This document shows positions 53,944-63,767 of a stretch of 64,000 nucleotides of DNA, in pieces (within the stretch, counting starts at the first letter, position 1; the number at the start of each line of letters is the position of its first letter). Below the pieces are notes generated by a model. The model ran no database searches, was not told the origin of the DNA, and saw only the letters and a list, made by a program, of their open reading frames with translations. A program made the translations under genes and the position numbers. The stretch is from NCBI GenBank assembly GCA_045546315.1, contig JAZQCN010000059.1, positions 136,510-200,509 of the forward strand, given 5' to 3'. This stretch comes from Clostridia bacterium (GTDB lineage Bacteria > Bacillota > Clostridia > UBA1381 > UMGS1253).

Positions 53944-55863
53944 TTATTTTAAAATGTTGCTGTTATTTACAATTGCATCACTTAAAAGGACAAGTACCTC
54001 AGCGCCGTCGAAGTTGACATACTGCGTTAAAAGTGTGCTGCTCATATAGCGTAAATCCACCAATGTGATTTCGGAATAGGCTTCGATAAAGAGCGGAGCA
54101 ATGCTCGAGCCGAAGGAGTCGCGGAAGATAATCAGTCTGCGACCGTTTGTCTGCGTCGGGTTTTTAATCACGGTCAGCGGTGTTGCACCTGACAAAAATA
54201 CATCGTACGGAATGCTCGAGTCGAGCTTCGCTGTGTTATAAACCATGGTGTTGTTCTTATTCTGAACATCCTGCACGGTTGCGCCGGCGATTACATCGCT
54301 TGTAAGGTAGGTCAGGCTTTCCGCCGGGATATCCGGAATATCCTTTGCATAATCACCGCGGTAGTTTTCCTTCGTTTGCGGTGTGTAGCCTTCCGGTGTA
54401 ACGGTAAAGTCCATTGCGCCGCCGAATACCTCCATTACGCCGAACAGGTTTTCCTGCTTCCAGTGGCGGTCTGTGGTGTAAAAATCGTTGATGGTCAGTG
54501 CATCGGCGATATCAATCTGTGTCCAGTCATAGAGATAATCTCCCAGAAATGCAGAGATGCTGTTGTGGTTTAAGTAGTGCAGCGTGCTTTCCTTTGCATA
54601 GAAGCTCTTTTCCGGAATCGTTGCAAAATAGGTTTTGTTTTCCGGGAAATGCTCTGTTTTCAGGTTTGCAAACTTTTCTGCAAACTTCTGTGCAGAAGCC
54701 TTGTTAAACGGATTGCTTGCCTCGATATAGCGGTCGCCAATGAACATATAGCCGTTTTCTGCCGGTGCAATCAAAGAGGTGTCCATACTTCTGAAATTTG
54801 CGCTCATCGCGTCGCCGGCAGTATCGTCCATAATCAGTGCAATCAGATTACCGATGCTTTCCACCTTAACATTTTTCGGATTTACACCAACGCAAATCCA
54901 TTTTCTCGGATTTACATTGTCTTTGATTTCTTTTTTTGCCATGGCAACATCCGTGCCGTCCTTTACGCGCAGTACAGCAACGGAATGTGCATTCGAGGTC
55001 ATCATCGGCTCGCATACAATGGCTTCGGATAAACCGATTTTTTCGGCATCCGCCCCAATGAAGGAGGCTAAGTAGGAAACGAAATTCTCCTTATCGCTTT
55101 CTTCGCCTGCGATGTAGTATTTGCCGTCTGCGGCCTTAAATTCCATCGTCATCAGACCCTGCGGATAAATATCCTCAACGCCGGCGTACAGCTTTGCTAA
55201 AATGTCGGAAAGCGGGCTATCCGGTGTAACAACCTTGCCCTCTACAACCTCTGCAATGGAAAGTGTGAAGGGATTGAGCATCCCGTTTTCAATCAGCTGC
55301 GCTTTGAGTGTTTTGTCGGAATTGTAAAGCTTTGCATCGAGTGCGGCGCGGGAGATGATTGCTGCATCGCCGCGCAAAAAGCTTGCTTTGTCTGTAGAAG
55401 CGTCGATAATGCCTGCCTGGGTGCCGAGCGTTTCCCAGTTTTCCCAAACATTGCCCTCATAGCCGAGCGCACGCAGTACAAAGGTTACATACATCTGCAA
55501 AGAAGCTTCCGTATCCGGTGCAAACTCCGTTTCGGAAACGCCGGAGGTCAGCTTGTTATGATAGCCGTAAGCCATATAGCTTTCTGCGCCCTCCCAATCC
55601 GGTGCATCGGTAAACGGATGCTCGATTTCTTCTTCCGGATAGAGCGCATTGTACTCGTTGCCCGAAAGGCGAATCAGCATAATGAGCGCCTCTAAGCGCG
55701 TGAGCGGGCGATCGAGTTCGTAGCCGTTGTCTGTGCCCTTAAAAAGGCCGAGGGTGTTGAGTGTGTCTGCCGCCTTTTGCCCTTCTGCTGCGTCGTATGC
55801 AAATACGCTCAGCGAGGAAAGCATCAAAACGGCGGTAAGTACTACTGCAAGAACTTTTTTCAT
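53944..55863 (-). CDS. secreted SLH-domain protein with C-terminal DHHW/AlgJ-AlgX-like (SGNH-like O-acyltransferase) region
   Basis: Signal peptide, then SLH-like segments (LGLFKGTDNGYELDRPLTRLEALIMLIRL and FTDAPDWEGAESYMAYGY). C-terminal FYTTDRHW and IFRDSFGSS motifs typical of the DHHW family. Confidence 0.65.
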   Translation of the reverse strand: MKKVLAVVLTAVLMLSSLSVFAYDAAEGQKAADTLNTLGLFKGTDNGYELDRPLTRLEALIMLIRLSGNEYNALYPEEEIEHPFTDAPDWEGAESYMAYGYHNKLTSGVSETEFAPDTEASLQMYVTFVLRALGYEGNVWENWETLGTQAGIIDASTDKASFLRGDAAIISRAALDAKLYNSDKTLKAQLIENGMLNPFTLSIAEVVEGKVVTPDSPLSDILAKLYAGVEDIYPQGLMTMEFKAADGKYYIAGEESDKENFVSYLASFIGADAEKIGLSEAIVCEPMMTSNAHSVAVLRVKDGTDVAMAKKEIKDNVNPRKWICVGVNPKNVKVESIGNLIALIMDDTAGDAMSANFRSMDTSLIAPAENGYMFIGDRYIEASNPFNKASAQKFAEKFANLKTEHFPENKTYFATIPEKSFYAKESTLHYLNHNSISAFLGDYLYDWTQIDIADALTINDFYTTDRHWKQENLFGVMEVFGGAMDFTVTPEGYTPQTKENYRGDYAKDIPDIPAESLTYLTSDVIAGATVQDVQNKNNTMVYNTAKLDSSIPYDVFLSGATPLTVIKNPTQTNGRRLIIFRDSFGSSIAPLFIEAYSEITLVDLRYMSSTLLTQYVNFDGAEVLVLLSDAIVNNSNILK

Positions 55864-55960
55864 GTGTTTTCTCCTTTAAATGTTTTGTACATTTATTAGA
55901 CGCACAAATGGAATGTTTGTTCCATTTCAGTATACCATATTTTAAAAAGAAATCAACGCA

Positions 55961-55995
55961 TAAAAATCTCCATTCAAGAAAGTGAATGGAGATTT
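55961..55995 (-). terminator. rho-independent terminator after the creatininase-family gene
   Basis: aaaatctccattca-agaaag-tgaatggagatttt, with a T-run on the minus strand. Confidence 0.7.
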
Positions 55996-55999
55996 TAAA

Positions 56000-56743
56000 T
56001 TATTGAATTCTTTCCTTAAGGTATGCAAGCGCTTTTGCAACCATTTCGTTGCCGATTTCGGTGCTGGCCTCTGCCGCACTCTTGGTAAACCAGTGGTCGA
56101 TGTCGTCGAGTCTCGAAAGCTCAACTGCTTCCGGATACAAGGACATTAAAATGGAGCATTCATACTTGCCTGCGTGGTCGTAGCCGGTCGCATTCTGCAC
56201 CTCGGTACTCATGGTCGGAATAACCTGAATCCAGGAAAACGGGTCGTCGCCGCCGCCCAGGTTTTCGTAGTAGGACTTATAGCTTTCACTGCCCCACCAG
56301 CCCTGCCCCTGCGTCTTTTCAAGATAACGCATGGTTGCGCGCTTTGCCGCCTTCATATATGAAAGCGTCATCGGCATCAGGTTTTCCTGCTCGAACTGAT
56401 GGTGGATTACCACATAAATGTTTCGCAGTCCTGCATTTAACAAATTGGTGAAAATCTGGAACAGATATGCTTCAAACACATCCTCCTCAATATGCACCGT
56501 GCCGCTGGTTTCGTCTGCAACCGCGTAGCTTGATGGGCTGTAGTGGATAGACGGTGCAAGCATCAGCTCTTTTTCTTCTGCAAGCTTTTCAATTAAGCCC
56601 TCTGCCACAAGCGTATCGCAGCCGTAGGCGCAGTGCGGACCGTGGTATTCCACTGTGCCGCCGCAAATTACGACCGGGATGCGGTTTTCCTTTACATAAG
56701 CCAGTTCTCTCGGAAAGCTTTTTGTAAGATACATTTTCTTCAT
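56000..56743 (-). CDS. creatininase-family metal-dependent amidohydrolase
   Basis: VEYHGPHCAYGCD (E..H...D) and GYDHAGKYECS (HAG..E) signatures of the family. Confidence 0.75.
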   Translation of the reverse strand: MKKMYLTKSFPRELAYVKENRIPVVICGGTVEYHGPHCAYGCDTLVAEGLIEKLAEEKELMLAPSIHYSPSSYAVADETSGTVHIEEDVFEAYLFQIFTNLLNAGLRNIYVVIHHQFEQENLMPMTLSYMKAAKRATMRYLEKTQGQGWWGSESYKSYYENLGGGDDPFSWIQVIPTMSTEVQNATGYDHAGKYECSILMSLYPEAVELSRLDDIDHWFTKSAAEASTEIGNEMVAKALAYLKERIQ

Positions 56744-56757
56744 CGCACATTCACCCC

Positions 56758-57138
56758 TTATTCGGAATAACCCATTGTGGTATAAAACGCGAGGTTTGCC
56801 TGCGTGTTGTCAAGTCTGCCGTATTGCACAACCACCGGCGTGTTGGAGGTAAGCTTAATTGCGTACTGTGTTTCAAACGGTACTTCAAAACCACCCATGT
56901 CCTCAAGCTTGTTTGTACGGAAGCAGCGTACTCTGCCTGCTTTTACTGTCCAGGTGATATCTTCATAGGCATCCTTGTCGGTAAAAAACAGTTTTACCTG
57001 AATCTTCGCATCTATATCGCTGTCGTTTACAACGATAACGGACTCGTGCCCTTTCGCTGTGCCCTCGCCCGGCTGCGGTAATTCGCAGTCCGGCAAAATC
57101 CAATATTTTTTACCAATTGTATTATACATCGAGCTCAA
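56758..57138 (-). CDS. ASRT (sensory rhodopsin transducer) family protein
   Basis: 126 aa with GHESVIVVNDSDIDAKIQVKLFFTDKD...TVKAGRVRCFR...SNTPVVVQYGRLDNTQANLAFYTTMGY. This parallels my recollection of the Anabaena ASRT / TM1070 pattern SHE..ilN...DA.v.i.iyy.DK...tV.a.R...SNvPiVVQh.RLD.rqa. Confidence 0.6.
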   Translation of the reverse strand: MSSMYNTIGKKYWILPDCELPQPGEGTAKGHESVIVVNDSDIDAKIQVKLFFTDKDAYEDITWTVKAGRVRCFRTNKLEDMGGFEVPFETQYAIKLTSNTPVVVQYGRLDNTQANLAFYTTMGYSE

Positions 57139-58294
57139 TAATTCCCTTCTTTAAGTAGTCGGTCATAGAGTGGCAGCCGTCCTTTGTGATGGCAACACCC
57201 TTCTCCCATCTTACGCCGAAGCCATCGCCGGAAATAAAGGTATCTACCTGGAAGGTCATATTCTCTTCAAGCGGATAGTCAGAAGTTGTTTCCATCCACG
57301 GTGCTTCAACCTCAATCATACCTGTACCGTGACACGGACCGTATACAAAGTTATCTTTGTAGCCGTTGTCAACGAAGAGCTGATAGAAATCCTTAGCAAC
57401 ATCGCTTGCCAGCTTGCCTGCCTTGAGCTGGTCTACTGTCCAGTCGTGTGCCTCCAGGCAGAACTGTACAGTATCTCTTCTCTTGCCCTCAAGCTTACCC
57501 ATTACAACCGGAAGACCGATTGCCGGAGAGTAACCGTCGATTTTTGCAGAGAGGTTTAACTGCACGATATCGCCCTTGTTGATTGTGCGGTAGCAAGAAC
57601 GGCTGATCGCGTGGCTTGTGGACTGTTCAGAGAATACATACATCGGAAGACCTTCATATTCTGCGCCCTCTTCATAGATTACCTTCTGTGCGATACCAAC
57701 CATCTGCAGCTCGGTAACGCCCGGCTTCAAGTTGCGGATGACCTCATCCGTTGCAACCTCGATGATGCGGAAGCCTTCCTGGATACAAGCCAGCTCGTTG
57801 ATACTCTTAATCTTGCGCAGCGTAACCATAATATCGCTGCAGTTTGTGATTTCAGCCTTCGGATAGCTTTCCTTCAAACCCTCGAAAATCGGGAGTGTAC
57901 ATTCTACATAGCTGCCCAGGCCGATTTTGATGTTTTCGCCGGTCACGCCGATGCTCTTAAATGCATCCTTGAAGGTATCAGCCTTCAGCTCGGGATATGC
58001 CGGGTCTGCGGATTCACGGAATTCCTTTAATACAAAAATATTGTCAATCTTGGATCTGTCCTTTGCAAAAATTGCAGATTCCGGACCGACCAAAAGCGCT
58101 GCCTCGCCGGTTGCGGAAATTGCTACGCCTGCTCTTTCGAACAGCGGCCAGAAGCCGGAAAAGTATCTTGCGTTTGCATAGTCGGACTCTGTGCTGGACA
58201 CAACCATAACATCCAAACCTTTTTCACGCACTAACTGACCTGCTTTTTTGATTCTTTCCTGATATTCGCTGTCGGGAATACAAATTCTGCTCAT
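57122..58294 (-). CDS. M24 family metallopeptidase (Xaa-Pro peptidase / creatinase-like)
   Basis: Creatinase/prolidase N-terminal domain plus a pita-bread C-terminal domain. Trimmed to ATG 58294, which has AAGGAGG upstream. Confidence 0.85.
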   Translation of the reverse strand: MSRICIPDSEYQERIKKAGQLVREKGLDVMVVSSTESDYANARYFSGFWPLFERAGVAISATGEAALLVGPESAIFAKDRSKIDNIFVLKEFRESADPAYPELKADTFKDAFKSIGVTGENIKIGLGSYVECTLPIFEGLKESYPKAEITNCSDIMVTLRKIKSINELACIQEGFRIIEVATDEVIRNLKPGVTELQMVGIAQKVIYEEGAEYEGLPMYVFSEQSTSHAISRSCYRTINKGDIVQLNLSAKIDGYSPAIGLPVVMGKLEGKRRDTVQFCLEAHDWTVDQLKAGKLASDVAKDFYQLFVDNGYKDNFVYGPCHGTGMIEVEAPWMETTSDYPLEENMTFQVDTFISGDGFGVRWEKGVAITKDGCHSMTDYLKKGIIELDV

Positions 58295-58437
58295 TTGATT
58301 TGCCTCCTTAAAAATATGTTTGATACCCATATTATATCGCATAAAACTGTGTTTGTATTTGAAATATATTAAATAATTTTTGTACTATCTTTCGCGTATT
58401 GACAAAACTGCAAAACTATGCTTTAATGAAGTTGGTG

Positions 58438-59319
58438 ATGAATATGGATTTTAAACTGCAGCCGTTTGACACGCCGCTCACGGTGAGTCGAATTGCAAAT
58501 ATTCACTATTTTGAATTTACAAAAGAATACCATACCTTTAACGATGCACATGATTTTTGCGAGCTTCTGTATGTGGATAAGGGCGAAATTACGGTTGAGG
58601 CGGAAAACTACTCCGGCACACTTGAGGGCAATCATATGATTATTCATATGCCCAATGAAAAGCATTCGCTGAAATGCCCGGATGAGTCGGCATCGAATGT
58701 GATTATTATTGGGTTTGAATGTAATTGCCCGGCGCTCAGCCGATTTGCGACGCAGCCAATCAAGCTGCAGCAGGAGCACAAAAAAATGCTCTCCGAAATT
58801 ATGAAGGAGGGTATGAATGTGTATGCGCCGCCGTATGATATTCCGAACACGACGGAAATGAAAAAGCGTGATAGCTTTCCCTTCGGCGCGGATCAGATGC
58901 TTAAAATAAATTTAGAAGCTTTTTTCATTATGATGCTTCGCGCGCACGATGCAGACCCTGCAAACCGGGAAAACGGTATCTTGCCCGACAGCAAGCTTGC
59001 GGAAATTTATAACTACATCAACGAGCATTATACGGAAAAGATTTCGCTTGATGATATTTGTTTTTTATTTGCGACAAACAAAACCTCGCTGTGCTGCAAA
59101 TTTAAGGCGGAGTACGGCATTACGGTTTTAAGCTATATTCGGGATTTGAAAATTAACGCGGCAAAGCTTCTGATTCGAGAGCAAAAGCTTTCTGTTACCG
59201 AAATTTCCGAAAAACTGGGGTTCGGATCGCTGCATTATTTTTGTAAGCTGTTTAAAAAGAGCACGGGGCTTTCACCAAATGCATACAGAAAGACAATTAA
59301 GTCCAAGCTGAATCTGTAG
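58438..59319 (+). CDS. AraC family transcriptional regulator (cupin plus HTH), divergent from the M24 cluster
   Basis: C-terminal AraC HTH (SLHYFCKLFKKSTGLSPNAYRK). The start is uncertain (58426, 58438 or 58444). Confidence 0.8.
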   Translation: MNMDFKLQPFDTPLTVSRIANIHYFEFTKEYHTFNDAHDFCELLYVDKGEITVEAENYSGTLEGNHMIIHMPNEKHSLKCPDESASNVIIIGFECNCPALSRFATQPIKLQQEHKKMLSEIMKEGMNVYAPPYDIPNTTEMKKRDSFPFGADQMLKINLEAFFIMMLRAHDADPANRENGILPDSKLAEIYNYINEHYTEKISLDDICFLFATNKTSLCCKFKAEYGITVLSYIRDLKINAAKLLIREQKLSVTEISEKLGFGSLHYFCKLFKKSTGLSPNAYRKTIKSKLNL

Positions 59320-59341
59320 ATAAAAAAGAAAGAAGAAAAAT

Positions 59342-59369
59342 AAAAATCCCGCAATTTGCGGGATTTTTT
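59342..59369. terminator. bidirectional terminator
   Basis: aaaaatcccgca-att-tgcgggatttttt. Confidence 0.8.
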
Positions 59370-59379
59370 AATTTGAAAA

Positions 59380-60099
59380 TTAGTCCAAAATATTATAGCT
59401 TGTTACGCCGTTAACAGATTCTAACAGAAGTGTAGAAGAGGTGCTTCCGGAGTAAACCTGTAAAATAACATCGAGCTTATACTGTGCTGCAATCTGATAG
59501 CAGGAGCTGCCCATCGAGTTGAAATTTGTAACAACGCTGGACCAGGACTCTCTTGCAAGTGCCGGGTAGTCTTTGAGCATCGTGCCGATGCTGGAATCTA
59601 CTGCCATTGTGATGACCAGCGCCATCTTGTCTCTGTCAATACGCATTAGCGGATTGTATTGTGATAAATTGCTGATGAGAATACTCTGCAGCTTGCTGTA
59701 CATTTCACTGGATTGGAACGAATCGATTACTAAATCCGTATATTCGTCTTTGCTGTCTTTTAAAACATCAAGGTTGCTCACCTTTTTTTGCTTTTCGGAC
59801 GGAAGTGCTTCATAAGCTTCTTCGGCTGCCTGAATGTCCGGCTCGGAATCTAAGGTAACCACACCGATGTTTTCGATTAAATCCTCTACAGCGGCAACCT
59901 CTTCATCCTGACCTGCAAAGCTGAAAATTAAGAGAAGCGCAACGATGCAGGCAATGATAATCCAAAGCGTTTTCTTGCTCTTTTTCGGCTGCTCCGGTGT
60001 AGGATAGCCCTGCGGCGGATAGTCTTGCTGCGGTTCTGTAGTCACCGGCGGCTGATAGGGCGTTGTCGGATTTGGATTGCTGTTTGTTTCGAAGTTCAT
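59380..60099 (-). CDS. single-pass membrane protein with Pro/Gln-rich cytoplasmic N-terminus, unknown function
   Basis: MNFETNSNPNPTTPYQPPVTTEPQQDYPPQGYP, then the TM helix LWIIIACIVALLLIFSF. Trimmed to ATG 60099, which has AGGAAAGGGGG upstream. Confidence 0.6.
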   Translation of the reverse strand: MNFETNSNPNPTTPYQPPVTTEPQQDYPPQGYPTPEQPKKSKKTLWIIIACIVALLLIFSFAGQDEEVAAVEDLIENIGVVTLDSEPDIQAAEEAYEALPSEKQKKVSNLDVLKDSKDEYTDLVIDSFQSSEMYSKLQSILISNLSQYNPLMRIDRDKMALVITMAVDSSIGTMLKDYPALARESWSSVVTNFNSMGSSCYQIAAQYKLDVILQVYSGSTSSTLLLESVNGVTSYNILD

Positions 60100-60220
60100 A
60101 TGAACATCCCCCTTTCCTAATATACTCATTTTATCAAATAAAAAGTTGAAAGTCCATATGTTTTGTAAAAATATAAGGTTAAAAGGCGTGTAAAAATCGG
60201 GCGTTTACATACTTTTGCAT

Positions 60221-62884
60221 TTATCTTTCAATCAAACCGTATTTGACCTTAACTCTTTCAAGCTTTTCGAGCATAGGCTCTGCAATAAACCAAAGGAAGA
60301 ACGCAGTAGAGCTTGCGTGCACTAAATCCAACGGCAGACCGGCGAGGTATGCGGCGGCAAGCATTTCCCAAGTGATTTTGCTTTGCACCATAAAAAGGGA
60401 GGCCGGATTCATAATACCGCCATAAATAATAAAGGTTGCCAAAAAGCCAAAGGTGCACAGCGAGGCTTTTGTTTTGCGCAAAAAACCTTTTTTGAAAAGT
60501 ATACCGGCAGTAAAGCCGATGATGCCGAAGGAAAAAATCTGCCACGGTGTCCACGCGCCTTGCCCGAAGAAAAAGTTCGAGACAAAGCCGGTCACGGCAC
60601 CGACCAAAAAGCCGGTCTCGCCGCCGAAGCAAATACCGGCGATGATTACCAAAGCGATTACAGGCTTAAATTGCGGCAGCATAAAGAACGCGGCTCTGCC
60701 GGCAACGGTAATGGCGCACAGCACGCTGATAACTACAATTTCCCTTGCCTGCGGCTTTCGCGCTTCAAAGACCATACAAAACGGCAGCATTGTTTCAAGC
60801 ACAATCAGCAGGCTGATAAAATAGTATTTTCTGTCGCCGAAATAGAAAGTGCCGGTAAAAATGGTCAGCGGAATCAAAAGCAGAATCAGAAAAGCTGACC
60901 ATATTGTTCTTTTCGTTAGTTTCCTGTCCGATTTCGGCGTTTGAATTACCGTGATGCCGAATTCTTTTTGCGGAAAAAAGCAAAAGCAGGCGGCTACGGC
61001 TTCGATGAGGGCGAGGAGCTGCAAAACCTTTGCGTTTAAGAAAGCCGGAAGCGAAGCGGCCTGCTTAAAGCTAAGGGCAGTTATGGCAAAAAGCAAAACA
61101 AATATACTGCCGAGCACAACTCTTGCAGGCATTAGGTTTATTTGCTCTTTTTTCGGAGGCTCCGTTTTGTTTTCCGGGGTATACAGTTTAATGCTGCGCT
61201 TCGGTTTTTCCGCCTTTTTTACCGTACCGCCGCAAGCGCGGATAATATCCTCTGCCAGAACGGCATCCGGCAGGAGGTTGCGTGCCATACGGTTTGCTGC
61301 TGTCGTGTAAAAGCTTTTGCCTCTAAAAAAGCTTCGCGGCTCGCCGACGGAGGTGATATTTCCATCGAAGAGCATAGCGCATCTGTCAGCGTGTTCCGCG
61401 CAGAATTCAATATCGTGCGAGATTAAAACAATCGTAATACCGTTTGCCTTTAAATCCTTTAAAATGTCGGCGAATTCCTGCTTGAACCGGGCATCCATAC
61501 CTTTTGTGGGCTCGTCTAACAGCAGAATTTGAGGCGAACGGAGCAATACCTTTGCAAGCGCCGCGCGTTGCTGCTCTCCGCCGGATAAATCGTAAGGGTG
61601 GCTTTCAAGCAGACCTTCAATGCGGCAAAGTGCGGCTATATTGTGCACGCGCTCGGTGATTTCGTCCTTTGCAAGCTTCTTTTCGGCAAGGATTTCGGCT
61701 AAATCCTGAAAAACCGTTTTTTTCACGAACACACTCTGCGGGTTTTGCGGAAGCACGCTTAAAATCCCGGCATATAAATTCTTTGTTTCGGCGATGCTTT
61801 TGCCGTAAATCTGTACTTTACCTCTGTAGGGGGTATGGAGGCCGGCAATCAGAGACAGCGCAGTCGTTTTTCCCGTGCCGTTGCCGCCCAATATTGCAAA
61901 CAGCTCACCTTTTTTGATTTCCAGATTCAGTCCCTTGATGACATCCGGCGCAGCCTTTGCATAGCGAAACCATGCATCCTCGATTTTGATGACCGTTTCT
62001 TTATCGGCTAAAGACGGCGATTTGTTCAAAATCAGTTCCGGATGCAGGGTATTTTCTTTTGCATATTCTTCAAGCCATACCCTACCGTCGCGCACGGTCA
62101 GCGGACAGGTAAGCGTGTTCGGTACTTGCCCGTGAATGCGCATGGGTGTGGGGAGTGCTAAGTACATATCGTGAGCACTGTTTTTCAACAGCTCGCCAAC
62201 CTCGCGCGGACTTGCATCGGCAATAATTTTCCCTTCATCTAATACAATCACTCTGTCGGAGAGGGGAAAAGCATCTTCTAAACGGTGCTCGGTTAAAAGA
62301 ATTGCTGTGCCGAGCTCGCGGTTGATTTTTTCCAGCGTTTTTAAAAATTCCTGCGCAGCGATGGGGTCGAGCTGACTGGTGGGCTCGTCTAAAATAAGCA
62401 CCTGCGGCTGCATGACCATCACCGAAGCGAGATTCAAAAGCTGCTTTTGCCCGCCGGACAATTCGGCGGTTTTTTTATAAAACCAGTTTTGTATGCCGAA
62501 AAAAGATGCCATTTCCGATACTCTTGCCCGAATTTCGGGGGTGGAATAACCGAGGCTTTCCAGACCAAAGGCAAGCTCGTGCCACACCTTGTCGGTCACA
62601 ATCTGGTTGTCGGGGCTCTGCAGTACAAAACCGATTTTCGCCGCCTGTACTTTTAAATCGCAATCGGACAGAGGCTTTCCTTCAAAGAGAATTCGCCCTT
62701 CTGTTTTGCCGAACGGCGCGAGTGTGGATTTTAAAAGCCGCAAAAGTGTCGTTTTCCCGCAGCCGGATTTTCCGCATACAGTAATAAACTCACCTGCCCG
62801 CACTGTGAGGCTTATGCCGTCGAGTGTTTTGTTTTCTCTGTTCGGATAAGTAAAACTTAAATTTTCGATCTTAAAGCTTTCCAC
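60221..62884 (-). CDS. ECF transporter fusion protein: two ABC ATPase domains (EcfA-EcfA') plus a C-terminal S-component-like membrane domain
   Basis: Walker A GKSGCGKTT and GGNGTGKTT; signatures LSGGQKQ and LSGGEQQ. The final ~300 aa are polytopic (6 or more hydrophobic helices). Confidence 0.8.
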   Translation of the reverse strand: MESFKIENLSFTYPNRENKTLDGISLTVRAGEFITVCGKSGCGKTTLLRLLKSTLAPFGKTEGRILFEGKPLSDCDLKVQAAKIGFVLQSPDNQIVTDKVWHELAFGLESLGYSTPEIRARVSEMASFFGIQNWFYKKTAELSGGQKQLLNLASVMVMQPQVLILDEPTSQLDPIAAQEFLKTLEKINRELGTAILLTEHRLEDAFPLSDRVIVLDEGKIIADASPREVGELLKNSAHDMYLALPTPMRIHGQVPNTLTCPLTVRDGRVWLEEYAKENTLHPELILNKSPSLADKETVIKIEDAWFRYAKAAPDVIKGLNLEIKKGELFAILGGNGTGKTTALSLIAGLHTPYRGKVQIYGKSIAETKNLYAGILSVLPQNPQSVFVKKTVFQDLAEILAEKKLAKDEITERVHNIAALCRIEGLLESHPYDLSGGEQQRAALAKVLLRSPQILLLDEPTKGMDARFKQEFADILKDLKANGITIVLISHDIEFCAEHADRCAMLFDGNITSVGEPRSFFRGKSFYTTAANRMARNLLPDAVLAEDIIRACGGTVKKAEKPKRSIKLYTPENKTEPPKKEQINLMPARVVLGSIFVLLFAITALSFKQAASLPAFLNAKVLQLLALIEAVAACFCFFPQKEFGITVIQTPKSDRKLTKRTIWSAFLILLLIPLTIFTGTFYFGDRKYYFISLLIVLETMLPFCMVFEARKPQAREIVVISVLCAITVAGRAAFFMLPQFKPVIALVIIAGICFGGETGFLVGAVTGFVSNFFFGQGAWTPWQIFSFGIIGFTAGILFKKGFLRKTKASLCTFGFLATFIIYGGIMNPASLFMVQSKITWEMLAAAYLAGLPLDLVHASSTAFFLWFIAEPMLEKLERVKVKYGLIER

Positions 62885-63744
62885 TTTCTCACCTCCCGGA
62901 TTTCAATAAGGATAGGGTAGCTGCACAGAAGTAAATACGAAATGAATATGCTGATTTCGAACAAGGAAATTACATTGCCTTTTATCATCGGAAAATACTG
63001 AAACGACATACCGCGAAAGGCCGCGCCGACAAAGGTATAAATACCGAGAATTAAAATGTATAATACGCTCTTTCGGTCGCGCGTATCGAAGGTAAACACG
63101 GAAAACGCCGTTCGTCCGGGCAGGCCGTAGCCGCGGGACTTCATGCTGTCGGCGGTTTCGATTGCGTTTTCAAGCGCCCAGGTGGTCATAACGGACAGAA
63201 TATGCAGTCCGTGCTTTGCGCGCGCCGCGATGCTGCCGGTGGTTACATCGCGGCCTATGCATTTTTGCGCAGTTGCAACCACCTTAAGCTGTGTGGTGAA
63301 TTTCGGCACGAAGCGAAGTGTCATTGAAATAATGAGCGACAGAGACGGAACAACTTTTCCGAACAGGTAGATGAATTTATCACTTGTCATAATTTCGTTG
63401 TAGCAGGAAAACCAGCAGAGGATACTGACAAGCATCGTTGCCGCCGCGAGCCCGTAGAGGATAGCTTCAAGCGTAAGCGGATTGCCGCCGGGCAAATATG
63501 CAAGAACGGTTATGCCCTCGTGATTGAATACGGGATTCATCAGCGCCATCGCTATGACCGTCGGCAGCATATACATTAAGTTTGTTTTAATTGCTTTTTT
63601 TCCCTTCAGCAGCACGGAGTATATAAAGCCGCACAAAAGCGATATACAAAGGCAAACGGGATGCATAAAAAAGCAGCCGAAGGCTATGACAAAAACAAAG
63701 TAGATAAAATTTACAATCGGATGAAAGGTTTTAAATTCGTGCAT
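62857..63744 (-). CDS. ECF transporter transmembrane T component (CbiQ/EcfT family)
   Basis: Polytopic protein with the C-terminal ARG-type region AIETADSMKSRGY. Trimmed to ATG 63744, which has GAAGGGAGGG upstream. It overlaps the ATPase gene by 28 nt. Confidence 0.8.
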   Translation of the reverse strand: MHEFKTFHPIVNFIYFVFVIAFGCFFMHPVCLCISLLCGFIYSVLLKGKKAIKTNLMYMLPTVIAMALMNPVFNHEGITVLAYLPGGNPLTLEAILYGLAAATMLVSILCWFSCYNEIMTSDKFIYLFGKVVPSLSLIISMTLRFVPKFTTQLKVVATAQKCIGRDVTTGSIAARAKHGLHILSVMTTWALENAIETADSMKSRGYGLPGRTAFSVFTFDTRDRKSVLYILILGIYTFVGAAFRGMSFQYFPMIKGNVISLFEISIFISYLLLCSYPILIEIREVRKWKALRSKI

Positions 63745-63767
63745 ATGTGTATTCCCTCCCTTCGGAC

